Assembly: GCA_052327205.1 (NCBI GenBank)
Contig: CM126211.1
Span: 142,414,001-142,478,000 of the forward strand
Direction: 5' to 3'
DNA length: 64,000 bases
Source of the DNA: Somniosus microcephalus
Lineage: Eukaryota
Both the position numbers and the translations under genes were made by a program. Shown here piece by piece: positions 13,119 through 24,900 of the stretch (position 1 is its first letter; each line of letters starts with the position of its first letter). The notes under the pieces were generated by a model. That model did not search any database and was not told the origin of the DNA. It saw only the letters and a list, made by a program, of their open reading frames with translations.

Positions 13119-13856
13119 GGGGAAAAATTTGATTGCTTTGTGCCTCCCTTTAGCGCCCTAAGAGGACACTAATGGGGCACAAAGCAACTAGCACCCAGGC
13201 GTGGCGCCGCCAACGCCTCCCGTGAAATTCAGCGGGAGGTTAGCGGCAGCGGTAACTGTTAGTGCCCTGCGGCGCTGTGTGCTGGCGATGACGTCATCGC
13301 TCTGCGCAGCGCCCCGCTCACGATCTTCGGTGTCACCCCCGACTTACCGCCGGATGCTATGTCCGACAGGGTCAGGGGGACCTACCTGCGGCCGGAGCAT
13401 AGCTAATTAAAGGCGAGGTGCCAGGCGGCCATTTTTGTTGCTGGCCACCTGTCAGCACCTGCCCCCGGTGCCCTCCCCAGCCTCCTCAGCAGCCCCCCCA
13501 TGTAGTGCCGGCTGCGCTCTGTGAGCCCGGCATTCCTCTTGAGTGCCGGGCTCTTTTGCCGGCACTCCAATCCCTGGTGGCCCAGCTGGGCCCCGGGTCA
13601 TGCTGCACTAGGCCCCTTCCCTTTAAGAAGGGGAGGTAGGCCTGCAGTACCGCGGTGCGATGTGCCACAGCGCCACGCCGCAATATTCCCTTGCAGTGCC
13701 CCAAGAGGGAGGCGGGGTGCTTCCAGTAGCGCCCCACTTCTCTCTTGGGGCGCTACTGATGAATTTCAGCCGTGGGGTGCTAATTTTTTCGGGCCGCTAA
13801 AAGTAGCGCCCCGGCGAAGTTAACGCCCCAAAGGGGGTGCGACTCAATTTTTCCCC
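13119..13856. mobile_element. Harbinger MITE nested in the old Harbinger
   Basis: TIRs GGGGAAAAATT / AATTTTTCCCC, TSD tat/cat; left arm homologous to the starts of the 15160 and 27547 elements. Confidence 0.75.
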
Positions 13857-14399
13857 CATCGTCTTGTAGGAGATATAGGTCAGAGAGATTAATTCTGTCA
13901 TCCCACAGCAATGCAGTACGAGCCTTGCCATCTCTGATGCTCAGGGAAGCTGATATGTCGCTTATCTCCAAAGCCTCCTGCTTGGCATTTTGTTAACTCC
14001 ACGATCTGTGGGGGTCTGATTCCAGTCCTCTCCCTCTCCATTGTATTTTGCGCTCTCTTCTGCAAGGCAGCACAGCAAATCTATGAGTGGCCGTAAGGCA
14101 CGTGCGCAACTGATGGATGCAGTGCATTCGGTGAGGGTGACTGTCAGGCAGATGCATCACGAGTGTCACTAGCATGCATTTGAGGACCTGTGCTGAAAAT
14201 TGGGGGAACTGACTGAGCTGGGATCACATTACATAAGGATTGGGGTGAGTGGCAGTGGTGGAGGGAAGAAGTGGGGAGGTGAGGAAGTGCATTGAAATGC
14301 TGAAATTAAGTGGGTGTGAGGATTGATGTGGAGTACGTGTGACGAGACAGAGTGAGAGGGGATTGCTCTACAGGAAATAGGTGAATCTGCAACTTTCCT

Positions 14400-14640
14400 C
14401 ACCTTTCCTGACGTAGTTAAGTTATTGAAACGCTTCCTACATTGGATCCACGCTCTCAATATAACACTCCTGCTGTCACCTTTTGGGCTATCTCCAACCA
14501 TGCCTTCTTTGTTGTGGAAGCAGTTTTTTTTCCCTGTTGCTAGGGAAGGGGACCTCTTTTATCATTCTCACTGCACCCAGCAGTATGTCCAGGGATGCCT
14601 CACTGAATCTGAGCACAGTCTTTGCCCTCTTTGATTCCAT
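14400..14640 (-). pseudogene. Myb/SANT-like exon of the old Harbinger
   Basis: RFSEASLDILL...WIQCRKRFNNLTTSGK followed by a GTGAGG donor; frameshifted. Confidence 0.65.
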
Positions 14641-15627
14641 TTCTCAACTTGTACTTAACATAATGAACAGAACTCCAAACCTCCTCCACCATTGCATCTG
14701 TGAAGTATGCCTTTAAATCGTCGAGGTGAAATCGCGTCCTGCAGGTCTGTAACCATGCCCGCTCACGCATAGTGGAGATGCAAAACCAAAAGTTAAATGA
14801 TAACGAGACATCCCTATTGAAATTTGACATTCCTGCATGTCCCACAATCTTGCGCGTTTGTCGCCTGCTGTCGCCCCATCCCCGTGCTCAGATCTTGCCT
14901 CCGCATTAATATCGAGACCGATATGTTTGTTATCCTGGACATTCTATTAAAAAACTTGCCTAGATATCCTAGCAAATGTAGATACTCTTCAGGCAGAAGA
15001 AAGCTAAGATTTACCGACGAGAGTAATCTAAAAGGGGGAAGTCGGAAAATCGAGAGTAAGAAGGGCAGAAAAGGCCTAAAAACATAACGGGAGGTTCTGT
15101 ACCAGGGTAATTGAGTTGCGAGTTGGAGGAGAAAAGTAAGAAAAAACATTGGGAGAAAAGAGGGCGCTAATGGGGCGCAAAGCAACTAGCGCCCGGGCGC
15201 GGCGATGTATGCGCCGCTCGCAAAATTGACTAGAGCTTTTGAGGTGCCGAAAAAGTATACCGCCCCGATCTCCTGTGCCCACAGATCGTGACGTCAGTTG
15301 AGCTTGCAAGGCCCTGGTGGCGCCCTGGACCGGAAATTGAGTGGCGCTCCCCTCCTTTCCGCCTGCCGAAAGCAACAACAAGGAGACTGGAACGTTTCCC
15401 AGTCGGTGTGGGGCTGGGGGGGGGGGGGGCGCTATTTAAAGGCGGCCTCTTCCTGCCTTTTTCTGTGGTAGACATTTTGCACCACTCATTCTGACAGAGA
15501 GAGAGAGATTCTGAGAGAGAGAGACTTCTGCATAGAGTCAACACTATGTGAAGTAGCTTTGGCTACTGAGCATCACTTTGCAGGTACTTTTGGATTTGAT
15601 CTTCATTACTTCGATTGTCAAGAGATT

Positions 15628-16771
15628 ATGGGGGCTGTACTGATTCGGGGCGTCGTCCTGCGCCTGCAGAATTGGAGGCAACAGAAACGCAGAGAGAGTG
15701 GCAATCATGGCCAGACGGAAGAGGGCCAACAGGCCTCTGCACAGGAGACCTTACCCTCCCAGGGTATTCCGGGAACAATTCTCCACATTTAATTGTCTGA
15801 GGAGCAGTGTTTGCATAGGCTGCACTTCAGCAAGGAGGTGGTCATTGAGCTCTGCCACCTGCTGCAACCAGATCTGCAGCCTCTACTGAGGACGATGACG
15901 TCTCTGTCGGTGGCAGTGAAGGTCACAGTGGCTCTGAATTTTTATGCCACCGGCTCCTTTCAAGAAGCTACTGGGGACATCACCAATATCTCCCAGTTCG
16001 CGGTCCATTGCTGTATCCGTCAGGTCAAAAATGCCCTCTATAAAAGGAGACGCCAGTACATCTCTTTCCCGATGACCCGGGCCAAACAGCATGAAAGTGC
16101 ATTGAGCTTTGTGAGGATAGCGGGCTTCCCCATGGTGCAGGGCGCCATTGACTGCACGCATGTGGCATTGCGGGCACCGCATGAGAATGCAGAGGTTTTC
16201 CGAAACCGCAAGGGGTTCCACTCCTTAAACGTCCAGTTGGTCTGTGACCACAGACAACTGATACTCGCTATCAATGCCCGCTATCCTGGCAGCAGCCACG
16301 ATGCATTCATCCTGCGCCAGACTGTTGTGTCAGACCTTTTCCAGGCACCACATCAGCCAAGTAGTTGGCTCCTCGGGGACAAGGGTTATCCACTGTGCAC
16401 CTGGCTGATGACACCGCTCCGTAACCCCAACACCCCTGGTGAACTGCGGTACAATGAGAGCCATCTCGCCACCAGGAATATCATTTGAGCAGACGATCGG
16501 TGTGCTCAAGCAACGGTTCCGCTGTCTGGACCACTCAGGAGGAGCCCTGCAGTGCTCACCTGAGCGAGTCTCCCTCTTCATAGTTGTGTGCTGCATTCTT
16601 CATAACCTGGCAATCCTCATGACCCAGCCAATGCCACCAGGCCTTGGTGCACCACCGGAGGAGGAGGAAGGGGAGGAGGTTGATCAGCAGCAGCACCAAG
16701 GTGGGAGGGAGGCCCACAATGTTGAAACTGCAAGGGCCATCCGTCAACGACTGATAACAAGCCGCTTCTAG
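15628..16771 (+). pseudogene. Harbinger (HARBI1-like) DDE transposase, frameshifted
   Basis: GAIDCTHV, RNRKGFHSLNVQLVCD, YPGSSHDAF, LGDKGYP, EQTIGVLKQRFRCL; frameshifts near 15700, 15790 and 16485. Confidence 0.92.
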
Positions 16772-17003
16772 GCCCCTACTCAGGAAATGGTTTCTGGCAT
16801 GGATGAAAACAACCCGCAACCCCAAAGCCGGCCAGTGCAGCAATGGTTCCAAAGGCCAAACATGTACATTTTGAATCCAAAATCTTTTTTATTTTACAAG
16901 CTCTGTGTGTGTCATTTCTTCATGACAAACTAATAGAAACAAACACACACAATCATTAATTAACATAACCGGTTCTCACAACCTGGAGATAACGGCCAAA
17001 ACG

Positions 17004-18784
17004 CTAAACAAAAGTTTGAACACGAACCTCGGCCTTTAATAAAAAAATTCCCAACATTTTGTCACGCCTCCTACTTTTTGCTCTTCGAGGGTGATCTCCT
17101 TCCCTTCGCACTTCCCCCCTTCCCACCCTACTGCTCCTCCGTAATGGGGCTCCAGTGGCTGCAGCAAAGCTGGTGGAAAGCTGCTGAATGTCAGAACCTG
17201 AGACTACAGATGCCCTTGAAGGACGCCCTCGACCAGCTCTGGCCCTGGAGGGCCTGGCTGCAGACTGCACCAACTCTGCATGGGCGGCAGCAGTCTGGGC
17301 TACAGGCGGTGGCAAGTGCAATGAGGAAGTGACAGTGGTGGCAGCAGGAATGCTGTCATCCTGAGAGAGGACAGCATCTCCCTGCTCGACCGACACACTG
17401 GCACTCCCACGGGGCAGCGCATCAGCATCCAGAGCAATCTGCTGGAGAACAGATTGCTGGCCTGCTGCAGCGCAGAGAGAGCCCCAGGGAAATGTGTCGG
17501 AACCAACGACAATGGCAGCAGTTAGTGCTTGAGTGGCCTCAATCTGAGACTGCATGAGAGCAGTCTGAGATTGGGTCACGGCAGCCAGTGACTGAATTGC
17601 AGCACAAAGCATTAGTGTTACATCCGCCTGTGCTACAGCGAAGTGCTTCACACTCCTTGCCAATCCATCAATGCAATTGGGCACCCTTCCCACTGCACCC
17701 ATGAGCTGAGTGTGCATGTCCCCCGCCTGGGTGTACATTTCAGCGATGAGCCGCTCCTCCTCTGCGTCCAGTGCAGCAGGACTCGCTGGCCTACTCTCCC
17801 TCTGGGGAGAAGGCCCCCGAGCTTCCCTAGCCACATCGCTTTGCTGCAGCCCGCTGGGTCCTGGAGCTTCACCCTCATCAGACCCTTCCTCCCCTGCTCC
17901 CCTCCAGCGAAGACGTGGTCCCAGTGTGGGCATGGGCTCCCTCGGGAGAGGGTGGCACTGATGCTCCGGCTTCCTCTTCCTCCTCGCCTGCGGCTTCAGT
18001 CCCACTGGTAGCTTGAGGGCCCGTTTCCTCAGCTGGTGAATCACCATCTGAAAGCAGGGAGGTACAAGAGTGGCTTTAGCATGAGGACAGGGGGGCAGTA
18101 AGGGAGGAAGGAGTGGAGCGATTTAGTAAGTTGGGTTGAAAGTGTCAAAGGCTGGTGTTGTGAGGGACAAGTGGAATGAGAGAGGAGAGCAAGCTGATGA
18201 CCTTACCATTGCTGTCCCGAACGGGGTCAACCTCTCCAGGGGCGATGGGACGAATCACCTGGCTTGCCAAAATCCTGTGGACGCACGCCTCAAGATCGCT
18301 GAGGGGTTGCAGCTGAGGCCGCCCTCCACCCGTCCGTTGCTGCTGTCTCCTATTATGAGATAGCTTGGCCTGCATGAAAAAGGACAGCATCTGAGTAAAT
18401 ATACAGCCGTGGACTTGCCTGATGTGCCTCCCATAGTTGAATAGTCCTTACTGTATGCAAGGTATGGAATGTACGTGTGTGTTTCATGAGAGGGCCATGG
18501 GTGTTGGATGAGTGCTGGGCATTGGGATTTTAAGACCCTCTGGCCATATAGTGAGGTTGAAATGGAGGGATGGAGAGGTATTGAAAAAAGCCATTCACCC
18601 TGACGACCTGAGTGAGGTTGTTGACATGCTGAGCCACCTCCCTCCACACTCTTCTGTAGTCACGCAGCAAAGGCCTCCTGCCACTCTCAGGGTAGAGTAT
18701 AGATCTTCTGCGCTGCACCGTGCCAACCAGCGCCTCCAAGGCCCGCTCGCTGAAGCACTGAGCTCGTTCTCTCACCCTCTCCAT
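17004..18784 (-). pseudogene. Harbinger Myb/SANT DNA-binding gene, 3 exons (18784-18599, 18369-18207, 18047-17004)
   Basis: MERVRERAQCFSERALEALV...W; canonical GT/AG junctions; exon 2 is 163 nt as in the 31437 element; exon 3 frameshifted near 17900. Confidence 0.8.
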
Positions 18785-19488
18785 CGTCCTTGGCTGGAAA
18801 ATGTAGGCACAGGTCTCTCCAGGCCGAGATTCAAGGCTCCAATGAGCAGGGTGTGGCTGGAGAGCAAGATCGACCCTCCCCTTGAAGAACTGGCTGGTGC
18901 CAGTGTGTCTGTGTTCCATCGCTAACTGACATCACCTACTCTACGCCCGCGCTCTGAGGTAGCGCCTCGCTCCTCGGCCTTTGCACCTTAAGACAGGTGT
19001 GTAGCGCCTGATTTAGTGCTCCAATCACCTCCAGGGGCGATAAAAGTCAAGTTTGCAGTCAGAGGCGATAATTAACGCCAGGTGCTAAACTTTGCGCCCG
19101 GCCGATAATTGCACCCCAAACGGGGCGATACCGAATTTCTACCCCCTTAGCTTTCTCTTTAGAAGACTGGAAAATATAACATTTAAAAATAATACAGCTG
19201 AGTCACAGTCACAGCTGGTAATTTAAATACTAATAGAATAGCATCCTATGGTTATTTCTAAAAACAAGATTCAGGAACAAAGATGATAATTCTGGTTTTA
19301 TAGCATCATTTCTCCTGCTTAAAATAAAATAGGCATCAATGTTGTTTGATTAGTGGCTTATTAGCTTTTGAACAGGTTGCTTTGAATGATGTACTAGTAT
19401 TAAACTGCAGTGTGCTAGCATTTGTCTAGATGTAAGCTTATCATTAGCCATCAGGAAAAATTGTGCTTAAAATAACACTGACATTACT

Positions 19489-19775
19489 ACAAATAAAACA
19501 GAAAATGCTGGAAAAACTCAGCAGGCCAGGCAACATCCGTGGAGAGAAATTAGAGTCGACGTTTCGGGTGAACCATTTTTCAAAACTGGAAAGGAAATGA
19601 AATAGATCGAAAGGCCTTTCGATCTATTTCATTTCCTTTCCAGTTTTGAAAAAGGGTTTCGACCCGAAACGTCGACTCTAATTTCTCTCCACGGATGTTG
19701 CCTGGCCTGCTGAGTTTTTCCAGCATTTTCTGTTGTTATTTTGGATTTCCAGCATCTGCAGTATTTTGCTATCGT
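19489..19775. mobile_element. Penelope-like palindromic element
   Basis: About 125-bp inverted arms centred at 19614/19615, flanked by the 12-bp direct repeat ACTGACATTACT (19477-19488, 19776-19787); contains ttgaaaaagggtttcgacccgaaacgtc. Confidence 0.7.
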
Positions 19776-21028
19776 ACTGACATTACTGCACCTTATAAGT
19801 GATGATGAAAATTGGTTTAAAAATTATAGCCCCCGAATTTCCCCACTGTGAGTTGCACCAAATGAGTTGCGTCTGCTCAGAGTTTTGTGCGCACTTTTAG
19901 ACATAGGGTGAAGAGAGGTTTGTACTTGCCAGTAATATGGACAACAGCTTGTCTTTATATAAAACTATTAACATAGAGAAATGTCCCAAGGCATTTTACA
20001 GAGGCAATAGGGAAAATGTGGATCACAAACCAGAGAAAGAGAGATTTGGGGAATGCACTTCCAGCAAAGTTATGGTGGAGCAGGAGTAGCTCCAAAGAAA
20101 TTCTGAGCCCAGGCATCAATAAATGGATGTTTATCTTACATCTATGGAGAGGTCCCAGAAGGAGGAGTTTGTGACCACATTGTTCTTTGCCTTTACAAGC
20201 CTGGTGGATGAAAGTGATGTTCCTTTTGGTGAGAACCTCACAATCTAAAGAACTCCATTTGAATAACAAGTAGTGCTTAAATCTTTACAGGTTAATGAGA
20301 GAGACTGGACAGTAGGTTCATAAATGACATACTAGCCTTGTCCACTGTCAGGACGAATCGGAAATTCGTAGAAATTGCCCAAGATTTTTCATCCATTGAT
20401 TTCAGCCTTTGTGGCAGGTTGAGCTCTAACTCTGGATTTAAGCTGCATTTACACTGTTGCTCGAGAGTTGGTGCAAAGCAAAAGCACTTCACACTGATGC
20501 TGCAACTGCAGTGTAAATGCACTCTAAAGCGACCTGACTGCATCTCAGAAAAGATATCAATTTGACAATCTACAGTCACAATTCAGTCCTATTGCTAGCT
20601 GGCACATCAATTCATATCCATTTCCCACATGTTCCTAATATAATTTCCAATAAATGGGAGAGCTAGAGACAAAGATGTATTTAATCATAGGGCACATTAA
20701 CAATTAATCAGAATTGACATTTTTGGCTTATTTGCGCACTCTCCCTGCTGAAGAAAACTTATATAAGGAAAGGCTGAGGAAATGGTATGCATTACCGCAG
20801 CATGTTTGAATGTGGCCAGCTTAAAGGGCTGGATGTTCTTTTCTTGTCCTTTTCACGTGTCCGTACGAACCCAAAGATAACTTGTAATTCTTATTAGCAA
20901 CTTATATATAAATATTTTTATGGGCTATCCAAGTATTTTATAGATTATATTCTTCATCAATGAAGGCAAAAATGCATTTCTAAGTTAATATTATATATCC
21001 CTATGGGGATTGCTCTTCTCTCTCTCTA

Positions 21029-21030
<2 letters not shown>

Positions 21031-21060
<30 letters not shown>
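21031..21060. repeat. (TA)n microsatellite
   Basis: Direct reading. Confidence 0.95.
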
Positions 21061-21064
<4 letters not shown>

Positions 21065-21958
21065 AAATTTGCTGATGACACAAAAATCTTCCTGAAGTCA
21101 CTTCCAGTCCTCATCGCAGTATGGTTAACTGTGACGAGGACTGTAAGTGACTTCAGGAATACAGAGGCAGGTTTGTAGATTGTACAGATGTATCTCAGAT
21201 GAAATTTAACACAAAGACATGCCACTCAACTTACTGGCTGATTGTCTTACGTGAACATTTCTGTAACTGAACAGAAATGGAAAGAACAAAAAATGCCTTA
21301 ACATTACCAGCTTTTGTTGACATGTACATTCTACAACATGAACAGTCTGTTTACTCTGTTTTTTCTCATGTTCTTCTGTAATAAGGACAGATAAATCATA
21401 TATTACACATGATGAGTAATGGATTCTCATTATAAGTAGTAAACTCATTCAAATTGCCACCATGTGGCTTCTTCTTTCTCTATTTTTCTCGCCTTTCCTC
21501 AGCTCTGCTTTTGACTGGTGATTTATGTTCCTCTGGCATTCAGGTAGCCATTCTTCAAATGCCAACAATTTTAATCACCCTATTTACAATTATATCTTAA
21601 TGCGACTTCCACCCCTTCGTGCCAGCTAAGTTATTTTCTTGTGCTCCTAATCTACTACTCCTACACGATGCTCCGAGTGAGATCAAGTTGAGCGGTGGCT
21701 GGCTGGCACCGACCCCTGGAGCCTTAGAGCCCTGAGGGGACTCTCATCTTGGGGAAGCCGCTATCCCAGAGCGACCAGCTTCCAGCAGCCTTCCTCTTGT
21801 CGTCGCAACGGGTGCCAGGCCAATGGCTAAATCTCTCTGGTACAGGCATTGGAAGGGTTCTTAAGGCAGCAGGGTCAATGCCAATCTCTGGAGGGACAGT
21901 GACATTTCAGCCCTCTCCTTGCAGCTCATTCCACACTGGGACCAGGCTTAGAGGAGCT

Positions 21959-24900
21959 TGTAGTGTATGTGCCTTTAAGACAGAACTACTTTTACAGCTC
22001 CTGTATACTGTAGTACCGGCAGTGACCACACCTGTATACAAGCTTTGCGCATGCCTCTGTACCCCCAGTCTTGAGATTACCCTCCTCCAGTAAAGACCTG
22101 TTTATTGTTAACTTACAGCATCCGTGTGGTTATTGAATAACAGCATACCCTCAGAATCATGGATCTAACAGTGGCGACGAGTGTCGATTCGAATCTACCT
22201 GCAACTAAAAAAAAAAAGTTGAGGCCAGGAACACGGGCGTCGACCACGAGCAACCGCCCAGTCATCAGGCAGAGAGTGAACATCGCAGGGGAGGCTGTGG
22301 AGAGCCGGGCCGGGTTCCCCAGCCACGACGATCAGCAAGAGACTGACAACAGGTCCAGCGCAGACCCTTCCCGGGCAGCGGCGGCTGGTGCCAACAGATG
22401 GCGGAGAGAAAGCCGAGCAGCGTCGACGGGGTAAGACAGAGGGTGAAACGCGCAGGGTGCAGCCGGGGGTTGAACACCGAGCGGCGTCGAGAAAAAGGAA
22501 AACAAACCGGAGAGAGAGAGAGGGTAAAGAAACAGCCGGGTTCAAGACCGAGCGGCGTCGAATAAATAAAAAGAAGAACGCGCAGAGCACAGCCAGGGCT
22601 CACGGGCTGAACAGGGTCCGCGGGGAGAAGAAGGGAGAGCGCGGGAGACGCCATTGAACCGTGGAGAAGGAAGAGCGCGGGAGACGCCATTTTTAGAAGC
22701 CGCAGCGGAGAAGAAGGGCGAGCGCGGGAAGGAAGGACAGCGCGGGAGATGCTATTTTGTGCCAGCGGAGAAGAAGGAGCAGCGCAGGAGACGCCATTTT
22801 TGACAGTTAATTCACACCCAGGGATGCCGAAGAGTGGCAGTGTCTCTACGTTCGACAATGAAGTCGAAGATTGGGTGACATATGTGGAATGTATTGAGGT
22901 GTACTGCAGGGGGAATGAAGTGCCAGATGCTAATAAAGCACTGGTTTTGTTAAATTCCATGGGTGCAGAAACTTATGGGTTACTGCGAAATCTAATAACC
23001 CCAGAGAAGCCGGTGAACAAGAATTTCGAAAGCATACTAGAAATCCTACAGGACCACTTAAACCCCACACCGCTGCTGATAGCAGAACGATTTAAGTTCC
23101 ATAAAAGGAACCAACACAAAGACGAAAGCAATGCTGAGTACCTAACGGAACTGCACAAGCTATCGGAACACTGCCAGTTTGGAGCGGGACTAGCAGATAC
23201 GTTAAGGGACAAGTTTGTGTGTGGGCTACAAAGTGAAGGAACCCAGAAACGGCTTCTATCAGAAAAGGATCTTACGCTGGACAAGGCTTTCAGTATGGCA
23301 GTATCACATGAAGCAGCCGCAAGGGGCGCTGCAGAGATACAACGGAGACCGCAAGAATATGGCACCAATGAAATGTCCTATGGAACAGGGAAGTGCTATC
23401 GCTGCGGCAGAACAACACATGACCAGAAGGATTGTTGGTTCAAGGACCAAGTGTGCAGACAGTGTGGAAAAGCAGGACACATAGCAAGAGTCTGCAGGTC
23501 TGGGAAGAAAACCAACAGTAAGAAATCTCCACAGGAGAAGTACAAAAAGGTACACCAGGTGATGGACAGTGGTTCAGATGAACAGAAAAGTGACACAGAC
23601 TCCGGAAGCAAGGAGCTGGGTTGTCTGAAACTACATAAGGTAACCGAAATGGAGGATCACCAGACTATCTGGGTTACACTCAAGATAGACGGAGTACAAG
23701 TGAAAATGGAATTGGACACAGGGTCAGCTCTAACAGTCATAAACCAAAGGGACTACAAGCGGCTATTTTCACATATACCCTTGAAAGCTACAGAGGTTGT
23801 CTTGAAGACGTATACGGGGCACAAAGTCTACCCCAAAGGAAAAATAAGGGTGAAAGTGACATATAAAGGCCAGGAAATACCTAAAATGGATATATATGTA
23901 TTGCCAGATGGAGGACCATCACTGCTAGGACGTGAATGGATCCGGAAGATACAATTAGATCGGCATTCCATACAGGCACTGAAGGTTGAGGCAAAAAAGG
24001 ATGACGACGTCACACCTGGACGACTGTCAAAAATGCTAACTGACACAAAAGAAGTGTTCCAGGAGGGACTAGGAACACTAAAAGGCATAACAGCAATGAT
24101 TAAAATAGAGGAAAATGCAAGCCCAAAGTTTCTGAAGGCCAGACCAGTGCCTTATGCGATCAGACCAGCTGTTGAAGCAGAGCTGGAAGGGTTGGAACGT
24201 TCAGGAGTACTGTCCAAAGTGGACTGGAGCGAGTGGGCTACACCCATCGTCCCTGTAATGAAGAGGTCGTTGAGTAATACGCCTGGGGAACCAAAGAAGG
24301 TCCACATCTGTGGGGATTTTAAGGTGACGCTGAACCTAGTCCTTCACACGGTACAATATCCGCTTCCACGAATTGAGGATATTTTCGCCTCGCTATCTGG
24401 AGGTAAACGCTTCACCAAAATTGATCTAGCCCAGGCGCACCTGCAAATGGAGGTAGAAGAAGCTTCGAAACAATAACTTACGATTAACACTCAAAGGTCT
24501 CTATCAATACAACCGGCTGGTGTTCGGAGTAGCCTCGGCTCCAGCTATCTGGCAAAGGGCGATGGATCAGGTCCTGCAAGGGATTCCAGGGACCCAGTGT
24601 TATTTGGACGACATCTTGGTCATGGGCGAAAATGACAGTGATCACCTCGCCAACTTGGAGAAGGTGCTCACCAGATTAAAGGAGTATGGGCTACGAGCTA
24701 ATCGCCACAAGTGCGAGTTTTTCCAGAAACAGATCTTGTATTGTGGCCACGTCATCGATGAAGAGGGGTTATATAAGTCCCCTGAAAAGATTGAGGCAGT
24801 AGTCAAGGCTCCAGCACCGGAAAATGTGTCACAACTGAGGTCGTTTCTCGGGCTGGTAAACTAGTACCACAAGTTCTTACCAAATTTGTCCACGGTATTA

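Larger units (their letters stand above)
11441..14919. mobile_element. Old PIF/Harbinger transposon (two-gene, decayed)
   Basis: Imperfect TIRs GGGCTTGCTATTAAT and (reverse complement) GGTCTCGATATTAAT; transposase pseudogene on +, Myb/SANT exon on -. Confidence 0.65.
15160..19146. mobile_element. PIF/Harbinger transposon (left terminus missing)
   Basis: Right TIR gaatttctacccc at about 19133-19146; left arm matches the 13119 and 27547 elements except for the first ~45 bp; convergent transposase and Myb genes. Confidence 0.85.
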
